NCBI GenBank assembly: GCA_013265495.1
Contig: MU057416.1
Span: 428,545-492,544, forward strand
Length of the DNA stretch: 64,000 nt
Direction of reading: 5' to 3'
DNA from: Vicugna vicugna
Taxonomy: Eukaryota
Part shown: piece after piece, positions 36,451 through 48,059 of the stretch
How positions within the stretch are numbered: position 1 is the first letter of the stretch
Layout: each line of letters starts with the position of its first letter
Program-made: the position numbers and the translations under genes
The notes under the pieces: model-generated
Told to the model about the DNA's origin: nothing
The model's database searches: none
Seen by the model: only the letters and a program-made list of their open reading frames with translations

Positions 36451-38137
36451 ATTTTTCTGCCTAGATCACATGCTTCAGTTTCTGCCTGCACCACGCAAGA
36501 GAGGATTTCGGACTTCCCCAGAGGGCTTTTAACTTCAGTGACAGTCTTCACCTCCTTCACAGCGCTCCTCTCTGAATCATTCTTTATTCTGGACCGGAGA
36601 CCACAGGGGGCTTCCTGGAGGCCAGCTGAACACCACAGGTGTGTTTCTGCACGGACATGGTTCTAAGCGGTGTGTCTTTCAGTCAGCGACCTGACACGGG
36701 CAAGCGCACTTCACCTCGTGCCTGTCGCACCCTTCCTGCTACTTTACACTTGGCTTCAGCACTTGCCTGGCTCTTCCAGGGGCTGAGTCTGTAGCTCCTG
36801 TCTAGACTCTCTCTCCTTTGAGGTACCTTCCCAGTTCGGGTACTGCGCCTGGTTTTCGTTTTGTTTTTTAAATTACCTTTATGACCTCTCTTTCTGTCCC
36901 TCCCCCCTCAAGTTCTTCCAACCCTGCGCCCTCATCGCATCTTTGAGTGACGTTCTCTGTAAAGATCTGCTTGGAGATGTGCCTCTCCCCTGGCCGCCCT
37001 CACCGCCGGCAACCTCCGCAGTCGGACACGGCCAGCTGTGGCCTCGGCCTGGCGGCTCCCCGGAGTTTGCCCCGCGGGTTCTGCCGCGCATTTCTAAGTG
37101 TGCATTTGGCATCTTTACTCACTGTTCTGAGCAGCCTTAAATTCGACTTGCACAGACTAATTTTTTTTTCCTTTTTAGCCTTGAAACCTAGTCCTTTTCC
37201 GACATTCATTCTCTGGTCATCACCATCTCCTAACCACCTGGGCTCAAAATACCAGTTATCCGTATCTTCCCCTTGGGTCCCTCTGTTGTCAAGTTCTGTC
37301 GAGTTCTGCTTATTTCCACTTGTTACCGTTCTTTACCCAGAATTCCACTTCCCTCCTATGAAGCTCTTACAAAATCAGCCTTTCCTTATTTGCTTATTTC
37401 CTTACTATTACCCTAATTTGATAGTGTTATTTATCAGTAGTTAGCAAACAAAAGTTTAAGTTCTCTACAAAATAATACACACCCGGTATTTTCTAGACAA
37501 ACTACCAGTCTTTTCAAACGGATACAGCCTTTTGAAGACGCTAAGCCATATGCACAAAGCCCACCCTCCCTCCCCTTGTTGAGTCTCGTGGGGGCCCCTC
37601 TCCCAAGCCCGAGTGCCTCACAGCCCCTCTCTCCTCCTTACAGAGCCATGTCCAAGGAGCATCTTACCTTGCACTCGGGTGTAAAGGGAAGCCTGTCATG
37701 TTGATTATTAAGGAATTGCTGAGGGATTGATCACTCTTTTTGTCATGCAGCTTAACAGACAAAAGTTTTATTTTCAATTCTGACTCTGTGGTTGTATGCT
37801 CTACAACAATACTCATTACTTAATTAATTCTCTCGACAAGTTAATAAATTACTCACCTCTCTCCAAAACCAATTCTTTTCTCTCCTTATTCAATTTAGAA
37901 GCCATTTCCAGATTAAATTTTCTGAAGCCTGATTCCATTAATTTTTCTCCCATGTTCAGAAGTATTACGATGGTCTCCTCTTGTACATAAAATAACATCC
38001 AACTCCAGGGTAGGCCATTCAGTTCCCCCCACTGTGTGAATCCAAACTTCTTTCCCAACCTGATGGTACTGACTGACAGGCGGCACACTTTACAGCCAAA
38101 CCCAAACTTTCACCTTCCACCCCAGGAAGACATGCTT

Positions 38138-38661
38138 TGCAGTGGCTTCCCACAACCACCATCTCCAGGCGTCCCCAGCCTTGCCTAGTGTTGTCCCCAT
38201 GAACACGGGCGCAGCCATGAGTTTCTTCTAACAGTGAGGATACAGCAGTGGGCACAGAGACCAGTGACGGCATGTGGTCACACGGACAGTGCCGTGTCAC
38301 TGTCTTGTTAGAGTCTATCTTTCCCTGACTAGGTTTAAAGACGGACATTGTCATGTTGTGGGTTCCATGTTGGGTGGTCCCCATGGAGAGGAGAGGGCGC
38401 CTCTCCAGGCTGAACACCAATGAGAAACTGAAGTGCTCAGCCCCTCAACTGCAAGGGATGGACGGAAGTGGATCCTTCCCGAGTCTCAGGTGACGCTGCA
38501 GTCCTGGCCAAACCCGTGCCTGCAGTCTTGTGAGACCCTCAAGAGAGGACTCAACAAAGCCATTCCCAGAGTCTAGGCCCACAGAACTGGGAGGTGATGT
38601 GTGTTGCTTTGAGCTACAGATTAGTGACAATTTCTTACACAGCAGTAGAAAACAAAGCACA
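38138..38661 (+). mobile_element. MaLR solo LTR (MLT1E/F-like)
   Basis: tgagaaactgaagtgctcagccc...tgcagtcttgtgagaccct...gtgtgttgctttgagcta...aatttcttacacagcagtagaaaacaaagcaca, with TG...CA ends. Confidence 0.8.
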
Positions 38662-40549
38662 GCCTTGACTTAACTCAGATCTGAAAAGTATTTCTGCATG
38701 TGATCAGGAATTTTAGTTTCAATTCAGTGCCACGTACCTGGAGGGATCCCCTTGTGTGTTGGAAAGCCATCTTTCCCGTTTCTCAACCCCAGTGCCACCT
38801 GGTTGGGCCTGCTCCTGAGAAACATACTTCTTTCACATTTTTATTTTGGACGCGTATCTCCTCTTCTAGACCCTAACCTTTTAAAAGACAGGATTTGTGT
38901 TTGATTCATCTTCAGTATCAAGGGATCTAGCACACTACTCTGCATGTGTTAGTAGCTCAATAAATATTTTTAATAAATTAATAAAACTTTACAAAATCTT
39001 TGAGCCTAAAAATTTACATACTGGAAGATTAAAATATGTACTTAACTTTCTGTTTCAAAAAAAAAAAAGACGACAAAACTCATCTGATTGGACTAGAAAA
39101 TGTTGCAGATAAATAGACTTAAATTTCCATTTATTTATTTTTTCTGAATCTGCTCTAATGGCTTTGCACTGTGAAATATAAGAAGTTTTAAAAAGAATGA
39201 TAGAAATGTATAGTGTTGAGGGAAATAGATTAATATTCATATAAGTTAATTTTTACATAAATGGTGACAGTTTTCCTAAAACTTTCACAAGGTCCCGAAT
39301 ATTAAAATAAAGGTTAAAGCAGCTTAACTTCATTTCCTGGTGGTCTGTGATGTCTCAGTCTTCTACTGATAACGGACTTTCTATCTGCTCTACTCAGAAC
39401 TGCTGTCTGTATCTGTAGAGTGATTTTGATTATCAAACTCATGAGCATCGGTTAATAATTTAACTTTCTTTAGCTCTGCAAGACAAAATTTGTAGAAGTA
39501 GTAGGTGATGTGAAATAAATATTGTATTTAACATGAAGACAGTCCAGACTGTGCATATGTTTTGCAGAACATCCCCCTTGTATGTGATAGGTAGCTATGC
39601 TCTCAAGGAATTGCTGAACACTAAAGGGATTGTAATGATGTTCACCATCACACACGGTGATGCTATTCTAACGCAAGGGGATTCAGGCATGTAATTTCAT
39701 GTCTGATTATTACATCTATATTCTACACTCATTGGCTAACTCCCTAGCAGTAGTAAGTGCCAGTATATCCAGAGATGCTAAATTGTTCTGAAAGCTGTTT
39801 AAATGTAACTGAGATTCTGAACGGGTTTCTAAACGGTCAGTGATTTAAAATTACTCACTTGCAGGACTCTGGCTTAACAAAAGAACATTTTCAGATCTTC
39901 ACTATGTGGCCCAGGAAGAACTAATAAACATCGCAGCAAATTTGTTTTACATGCAAATCTAAAGTGCTAATAATAGGGTTAAAATGATCTTTTGCGATCA
40001 GAGATTTAAAAGTGGAACTCTGTATCTCAAGAAATCTCTAAAAAACAAATAAAGGGAATACAAGGCTCACACCAATTGATGCTTTAGTCGCTAATATGCT
40101 GCTTTCTGGCATGAAACATACCATTAGCATTCAGAAAAGTCTATCAAGTCAGTCTACATCCAAAGTGTGTTCATTTGCTAGAATCTGTGTTGTCATTTTG
40201 GGAAAGTACTTTAAAGCATGCATCCGACAAGCATGTGAAATGCTCCTGTCAAAAAAGTCATAACACGATATTTAAAAGAACACATTAAATTCTACACTAT
40301 TGTAAGTATGATTTTCATTAATGGTGTTTGCTAAAATACTTGCAAAATATCTTAGTTTTCAACAACTTTTCCTTAAAAGAGAGATTTTCAAAGGATATAC
40401 TCTAATTTTGTGCTTTTCTGCAAAAGGGATAATTTCAGGATTATCATTATATGAATATATTCTTTAAAAAGAAAATGCCTTAAAGTCAATATGCTTATAG
40501 TTGTCCATGAATCTCCGCACACCTGCGTCCACACGTTCTCACACATACA

Positions 40550-41090
40550 GCTTGCATCCACTTTCCTCTCCTACAAGTCATTCTCCTAAAGAGCGGCTAG
40601 AGACATCCAGTAAAATGCAGCCTGGGTCACGCACTCTCCTACTAAATTACTCCATCACCCCATGACCCTGAGGACAAACTCAAGTTACGTGGCTGCTTCA
40701 CAACAGCCCTGTGTGACTGCCCCCCCCCCCGACCTCCCTCATCTCACTTCCTTCATCCCTCCTCACTTCAGGTCACAGCAGTCCCAGTGGTCCACGTCCT
40801 GGTCCTTGACTGTCCCTGAACATCCGGGACTCACCTCTGCATTGTATTCTAATGCTCATTTCCTTCCTGACATGCAAATCTTTGCTTAAACGTCACCTCC
40901 TCAGAAAAGTTTCTTTGGGCTCACCAACCCTAAGGTAGCTGCCGTCCCCCAGCCACACCCATCGAGTCACCCTGTCTAATCTCTTAGCTGTCACCGTCTG
41001 TGTATGTGGGTTGTATATACTTATTGTCAGTTACAACCAGCTGGAAACAGACGCAGCGCCTGGCAGAGAGCAGGCGTTTTGAAGGAGTGA
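40550..41090 (+). mobile_element. L2 3' region
   Basis: ggtcacgcactctcctactaaa...aaatctttgcttaaacgtcacctcctcagaaaag...cagcgcctggcagagagcaggcg. Confidence 0.7.
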
Positions 41091-41139
41091 GGAGGAAGAG
41101 GGCTTGCTGTGGAGGGCTGCCTGCCCCTTCGGGTCTGAC

Positions 41140-41325
41140 TTTCTCTTGCCTTTGCCGGGTGTGTAACCTTAGGCAATTGCTCAAATTCTCCAAGCTGACT
41201 CTCCATCAGCAGAAATGAGATCATAATATTTATAACATTTCCTAAGGATTTTTTTGAGTGATAAATGAGATAATACATATTCAGTATTTAACCTGTTGGA
41301 TGACACATAGAAAGAAGTCAAAACT
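41140..41325 (+). mobile_element. MIR SINE
   Basis: gtgtgtaaccttaggcaattgctcaaattctc...gataaatgagataatacatat. Confidence 0.7.
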
Positions 41326-43109
41326 TGGTTCCCCTTTCATTGTTGCACATTTCACATGCACACATGCATCCACCTATGCGTACAGACAGTGAAACAAAGA
41401 CAGAGACGGAGGGAGAGAGACCTCCCCAAGACAATGAATAATGGTATCTCATCTGAAGCTGATATTTTACGTCATTTATGAATATTTTAAGATTTATAAT
41501 GTAACATTTATGAGAAAAGTTAATCTTTTTGATTCATAGACAAACCATTAAAGGCTGTATTAGGATTTTTAAAGAATTTTGTGAGCTTATTTTCAAGTTA
41601 TTTTTCTCCTTAAATTTTGTCTATATTTTACTACAAACATAAAGAATCAATAATGCAGAAGTTCATGAAAAAAACTTTCAAAAGCACCTCATTACCATCC
41701 CAATTGTACAATTATCAGCTTCAGCTTATACTGTCTAGGTTTTTATAAAAGCACACTGACTCAAATGCTCTATTGCTTTTATTACTTCATGGCGTACTGG
41801 AAATTAACATAATTTTTTAAATGAAGTGACTGGTGGCCAGACAATAAATGGTATTTGATAAAAGAAAAATATTACTTTTTAAATGTTTTAAAATATGACT
41901 AAGTGAGAATTTATGTTTCTATAAAACATACTGAGTTTTCATTTCCCACCAAAATTTAATTATCTCAAATTTAGAATTCGCTCTGATGCTACAAGAGCCT
42001 TCTGTTTTGCAATATTATGGGAAACATATTCTCTTTAAATCTTCATTTAATAGGCTGATTTTTAAATTGCAAAATCTAAATAAAAAGGGGGGAGCTTTTA
42101 TAAAGACATCTGGAGTAGTCAAGGGAAGAAAATGTACAAGAATGAAGGGATTTACAATGTTCTGAGGCAGGTCCTGACAGGTTGCCTTCACCGAGGTACA
42201 GACTGGACTCCGCTGTCCGGACCGGGGTGCAGATGTTGACTTAGGAGTGAGATACAGCGTGAAAGCAAGAGGGCTACGCACCAACAAGCCAAAGGGAGGC
42301 TGGGAGAGGGGTGGGGTCACAGAAGGTGCAGAAATGCAACATCATCACACTTTTGATGCATATAAGCTTTTTTAGTAAAAATGTAGAGGGACAACTATAA
42401 AAGAAGGACTGACACCAATTAACTGACCCTTTTATACCACTCAGGGAGAGTTCTCAGATACATTTATTTTTTCAGAAAAGTATATGTCGGACTGAAGAGG
42501 GAACCACACCGGCTCTGGCATCCTCTCCCCTCTCTCCACACGAAACATGAAAGGTTTTACTGCAAAGAAGACCACAATGAATAACAACTTGAATTTGCCT
42601 AAGTTTTTGTTAATAATCTCTACTAGCTCTGTTTCTCCTCGCAAGCTTTAAGGCATAGTGTCAATCCAGCTTGTGGCATTTGGGTTACAAGGGAATATTT
42701 CAAAAGTTCCAGGTTAAAGGCGTGGAGTAGAACTGAGTTCTAAAACACTCAGCCCTTCGGATTCAAACTGGCACCCCACCCGTGCTATGTTAAAATATTA
42801 ATTTATAAAACAAATACACAGACAGTACCCTGTATATTTGTGTATCTGTCTGATTGCTTGTTAGTCGTAAGATGATGGAAATTGGCTTTTGGTTCATTTT
42901 GGGAAAAAATTAAATACCCAGGACGGGAAAAATCAGGGACCTTTTTCTTGTAAATGACAGGCTATTGTTCTGCTGTGGGTATGGCAAGGCTTAAAGTTCC
43001 ATGTGGCTGGAGCCTAGTAGCATCACCGAAAATTAAAGGCTACACAATGTCCCTACTTAGCTATGGTACTATAACCGTCATTATTTTAGGGCTAAAGAGA
43101 ATTACAGTG

Positions 43110-43242
43110 TTTCTCCAGTCCAACCCTGTCATTTAACAGTTGAAGAAACTGAGGCTCAGTTTGACGAATTTGCTCGTCCAAGGCCCCCTTGGCAGGCCGG
43201 CAAGGAGGGCGGGGGAAGGAAACCACATCTCCTACATCCCAG
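43110..43242 (-). mobile_element. MIR (MIR3/MIRc-like)
   Basis: ccagtccaaccctgtcatttaacagttgaagaaactgaggctcag. Confidence 0.65.
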
Positions 43243-43261
43243 ACAATGAAAATGGCTTGGA

Positions 43262-43341
43262 TTTTGACTGTGTCAGTGACACTTACTTTTTTGACTTTTT
43301 TGACACTTTACTTTTTTGACTGTGTCAGTGACACTTACTTT
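43262..43341. repeat. 28-bp direct repeat separated by a 24-bp mosaic of the same unit
   Basis: TTTTGACTGTGTCAGTGACACTTACTTT at 43262-43289 and 43314-43341. Confidence 0.9.
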
Positions 43342-43779
43342 CGCTTTGCTTTCTCTGGAATGATAGCTCTGAAGGATCGCAGTGAAGGCGGCGATGATGG
43401 TAATTTGGATTTTTACTCTGTCACATGTACCTTGGAACATTTCTAAAAATTCATCTTCCCCTCACCCTGAAAGTCCACTGTAGTTCTCTCTTTCGCTTAA
43501 AAGTTAGCAGACAATTAACAAGTATCTCAGAAACACACAACTGAGCATCAGCACTTTTTCCATGGTGTGTTTTTTATATCACTTCCCATTTTGAAAGTAA
43601 AATTCCTAATTAAGCTCATTTGGGTAATACAACATCTAGGGCTTTCTTCCCATCAACCCTGCTCAAGCACCTGAAAGTGGACGTACTTCACGTAAGATTT
43701 TAAATAATTAATGTAAAAGTAAATATACTCATTTTACATAAATACACTCTCATAAATTCGCCATCATAGAAGTTGTTTG

Positions 43780-43866
43780 TTCCTTCTTTCTTTCCCCTTT
43801 TTTCTTTCCTTCCTTCCCCCTCCTCCCTCCCTTCGCTTCCTTCTTTCATTTTCCCTCTCTCTCTTT
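43780..43866. repeat. CT-rich low-complexity tract
   Basis: Directly visible. Confidence 0.85.
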
Positions 43867-43979
43867 ACCTCTAAGCCAATTGTGTGTTCTAAATAAATCG
43901 CTTTAGTTTCCTCTCCCATTTTTAATCTTCACAGTTGCCTTCCTTATGAGCAAACATCAGTTAATATATCCTGACTTAC

Positions 43980-44030
43980 CCCAGCAGTTCACGAAATGGC
44001 CAGAAATGGCTTTATTTCAGTCCGCTGACT
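43980..44030 (-). ncRNA. Candidate 51-nt non-coding exon
   Basis: Minus strand reads ttcactttttctgccttag|AGTCAGC...CTGCTGGG|gtaagt. Stops in all three frames. Confidence 0.28.
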
Positions 44031-44229
44031 CTAAGGCAGAAAAAGTGAATGGCTATTGCCTCTTCAGTTTGAGTAAGTTAGGTTAAAAAGGCAATTCCAA
44101 TTGTATTACCCAATTATTTTGTAAGAATTAAGATGAATGAGTCCTATAAACTGCGACTTAGTTAATCAGATTAGCGCCCCTTCCCTGCAAGGTTTCCAAC
44201 AAATGAAGTGAAGCCCAGATGATTTCAGA

Positions 44230-44715
44230 GCAGCCCTCAGCGACCCCGGCGCTGCCTCCCGAGCAGGCTGTTTACGGGGCATCAGAGGGCTGGGTAGAAA
44301 CACTCAAGTGGAGGAGGCAGAAGTGACGGGGGAAAAAATACTGCCAGTTCCACTGTCCGGCCCGCGGCAGGCCCGCGGCCCGAGTGAGCGGTCTTCCCCC
44401 TCGGCTTTGGGCGGCGCGCTGGCTCGGGCGGCAGCCGCACGCGCCGAGCAGCGTCTTCTAACGTGCTGGCCTCCCACGGTCACGTGCGGCCGCAGAACAG
44501 ACCAGTTAAAACTCCTCGCTCTGCCGCCTTAACCCCTCCATCAGGCCCCCTGGGGCCTCTCCTCGACCGCCTCCTCGACCGGCCGCGCCCAGCGCCCGCC
44601 TCCGCCGGCGCCACCTGGCGCGCTCTCGCCCTTCCGGAGCCGGGCGCCGGCTGCTCGGTGACCGGTCCAACGTCCCAGCATCCAGCAGCTTTCAGCGCTC
44701 CACGACGGCCCTCCT
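44230..44715. promoter_or_regulatory. Orphan CpG island with CTCF-like motifs
   Basis: Dense CpG. Minus-strand GCGCCAGGTGGCGCC (44607-44621) and GCCCCAGGGGGC (within 44543-44558). GTCACGTG near 44479. Confidence 0.7.
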
Positions 44716-44789
44716 TGAATCGTATCCTTCTTTTAGCCTAAATGACCCTATCTCCCATCTTTGTATTGAGTCCCCTACATCTCTTAGCT

Positions 44790-46290
44790 TGAATTTTTTT
44801 CTTATTTTGGGTTCACGCTTTTACTCTCAAACTTCCCGTGTCAATTGTTTTCAGTGTGTCTCTTGCAAAATTTATCTATACTGGTATTACAGTCTTACCT
44901 GATATTTTTACTTACTACCTGCCTTTAATGGTTAAGTTCATTCCATTCACATTTAGAGTGAAAATAAATATATTTCATGTTTATTACTCATTTTAAATTA
45001 TTCTTTCCTTTCTTTTCCCTTTCTCTTGTTTTTTAAAAAAATTTGGCCAACTTGCTACTTCTTTTTTTTTTCTTTTGCCAGTTTGTATAAATCATGTTTT
45101 CCATTCGGTTAATAACATTTACCCTTTTCTCCTGCTCTTCTGTTCCGAGATCTGTGACTCTAGTATTGATTGAAATAGACAAGCACCCCTCACAATAACA
45201 ACCAAAATATTAAAACTTTAGAAGAATTATACTAGGTCTCTCCGCTGTTTGCAATATGTCATTTCAATTTCAAGAGTTTTTATTTAGCATTAAATCACCT
45301 ACTACTAGGTGCTTGTGTATTCAGATATAAAGATACAGACTGATAAAGAGATACAGGAGTAGACGGATGGATGGACAGATGGATGGGTGGATGGATGGAT
45401 GGATCGATCTGCAGACCACCACCTGGTTTCCTCCTCATCTTCCTCTCCATAGAATTATGTTTTGATTGGTTAGAGTCTTTCTTTGAGGATTTTTTCATAC
45501 AGGGCATTTGGGTAATATGTTTTCTAAATTCTTGTGTATTTTCAAATAAATAACATTTGAGCTGATCATCAGACTCTTGAGTGGTAGCTCCGTTCCTCTC
45601 TTTTCCAGCTGCTCTGCCCATTGCTAATGAGATAAAGCAAAGCCAAACACACTGCCCCCTTGTCAGCAGCTTTCATTTCTTCTTGGGGGCTTGTGTGTTT
45701 TTAATCCCTCAACTTCAGATTTTCACTAGGATGTGTTCAATGTGTTTCATTATTCAATTTAGTCGAGAACCGTGGAAGACATTTAATTCTACAGACTTGA
45801 TTCTTATTTCGTGTCAGGAGAACTCTCTGATACAGTTGATGTAATTGTTGCCTGACCTCTTTCTGTTCTTTTTCTCCTTCTGGAAATTCTTTCATTTATA
45901 TCATATCTTGCAGATTTAGCCTTAAATCCTTCACCTTTCCTCTCACAATTGCCATCTCCCTGTCTGTTTTTGCTTTGTGATTGAAATGCTAACTGTACTA
46001 GATCTCACAGAGATCTCACTGTAATTTCTACACCGACCATCTTCTTTTTCAATTTAGATAATATATTATTGCTTACCCCAAAATAATGATTTTTGTTTCA
46101 TTTCTTTTTGTTATTGTTTTAGCACAAGAAAACTTTTGAATATCAAGTGCTCTGAATATTGTTTCGTTTTCTCAGATTTTCGTCTGTCGTCACCAGCAGT
46201 TCTAATTCCCTGCAAGTGTCTCCCCCTGATTCTGCCTGATACCTTCTCCGCAGCTGCTGGGAAATTTTAGGTAGGTTGTTACTTCTTTTC
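44790..46290 (-). mobile_element. Ancient L1/HAL1-like fragments, antisense, containing (GGAT)n at about 45361-45403
   Basis: gtgtgtctcttgcaaaa...tgcctttaatggttaagttcattccattcacattta and tttcactaggatgtgt...tctgttctttttctccttctggaaattc. Confidence 0.55.
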
Positions 46291-48059
46291 TTGCTATGTC
46301 ATGGTTCTCAGGACTAGAGGTCAGAGTTTCCTAAATGACTAGAATCCCATTGGTGAGAAAAGCAGAAGACTTCTGGCACCCAGTCCGGAGGCACAGACAC
46401 CTGTTCTTTGCCAAAGCCCCTGGAGTAAGTTTCCTCATTCTGTAGTTTCACCGAACTCTCCCAGCCCCGAGGACACATCTGTTTCCTTCTGGGTCCCCTA
46501 GGGCTCTGGGACACCTTGCATACTTACTCAGAATGAGGTCCACCTTCTTCTTAGGAGTTCCGAGAATATAAAAAGATGACAATCATGAGAGAAAAGAAAA
46601 TTTTTAGTTATAGGATAAGTCCAGAAGATAATAATGTCAAACTTCTACTTGTGGGTCGGCACACCTCTGAAAACTAGGGTCATCCTAGGCTCTCCTACTC
46701 TCTGCACCTCTCACCCAGGCAACGATCACTTCCTCCAGGAGCTCACCTGCCCCAGTTCCCTCTGCTGTGATCTAGCAGATGCCACATCCCTATTCTGCTG
46801 GGTGTCCACGGGTTCTGAAACCTCTTTGGCCAAGAGTCCAATGGCTTGGAGTGGGAGCTGGTAGGGAAGGGCAGGTAACCCTGCTGCCGGAATCCTTGCT
46901 CGCAGCATGTATTTTCCATAGCTCTCCAGTCACAAGCTGGCCAAATGCCACATTCACTCAATCGAGAAACATCTGGCCACCTGCTGTGATACCAGAGAAT
47001 GATGCCTGAATTTTTTCCCTTCAACTAACTCACACGTTCAGGGGAGACAGGTGTAAGGGTCTCCTTTCTTTCACAACATAAGTGGTACCTTGGTCAGTGG
47101 TGAGTGTTGGACCCAAGTAGCTGAGCTGCTCTAAGGATGTTCTATAAAGATTTATAATGAAGCCAATAAACCTGAGATGCTAGACATCTGCACCAGTTGA
47201 CGAGGAAGCCCTTATAACACAGGCTAGAACAAGAAGAGCACGGCTCTCCAGTACAGTCACTCTCGGGCAAAGTGCTACTAGCTTGTCCCCATGTTGCTGA
47301 ACACTTATAACCTACAATCTCCAAAATAAATATAAAAGTCTACATCCAACTTCATAAAAGTTTTCAAGGTAGTTCCCATTGAGAATTTTTCCCTACAAAA
47401 TTTTTTCCTGGCTTTTGTTGAAGTTTGGATTTTAACTTGTTTTCAAAATATGCAATTATAATATGGAATATATTTTTCAAATTCTATTTCTGTCCTTCAC
47501 CCATGACAGTGGACTTAGAATCACACCATCTTGTTATAATCATTTGTTTTAGCTTGTTAGTAACCTGGTGCATCATTGACAAATACAGAGCTGTTGTGAC
47601 CAAATTCATGACCTTTATTTTGCCGAAATTAGAGCATCCAAACACATTATGGTTTCAAGATATGGTAAAAGTTGGAAAACATCTTTGGTAGCACACAGTG
47701 AGATCTCAAACATAATGCTGTGTAATGCTGCTCACTTCAGTTTAGTTTGGTATTTTCAGTGATTTAATATATGATTTATAAGGCCAACTTAAGGCGTGGC
47801 TTTGAAGCAAAACCTTTGTGGAGTGCGGGGTGCTGGTGAAAATTTGTTTTAAGACATAGAACGACACCACTGGCTGTCAGAAGCAAGCCACCAAAGTGCC
47901 CTAACTCCCTGCCAGGCTGCGAGGGTGGGACAACGCGTACGCGGGGGGAGGTTGACAGGTCCCGCGTTTAAAGAGGCGTATTCACAGCGCTGAAAACACT
48001 GCCAGGAGGACATCACAGTTACAAAGTTGGAAGCAAACTGAAAGCACTGCTGTGTTAAC

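Larger units (their letters stand above)
35560..38985 (+). mobile_element. Long fragmented L2 (RT region to 3' tail) interrupted by two LTRs
   Basis: 35845-35910 resembles L2 ccaaggccaatccctccacctgtgctctggatccc. 36960-37160 resembles the L2 RT region. 38855-38985 is the L2 tail (tagtagctcaataaatatttttaataaattaat). Confidence 0.55.

Noticed and set aside
39940..39958. SOX-OCT-like composite ATTTGTT-TTAC-ATGCAAAT
   Set aside because: The SOX half is imperfect and the 4-bp spacing matches neither the 0-bp nor the 3-bp known composite.
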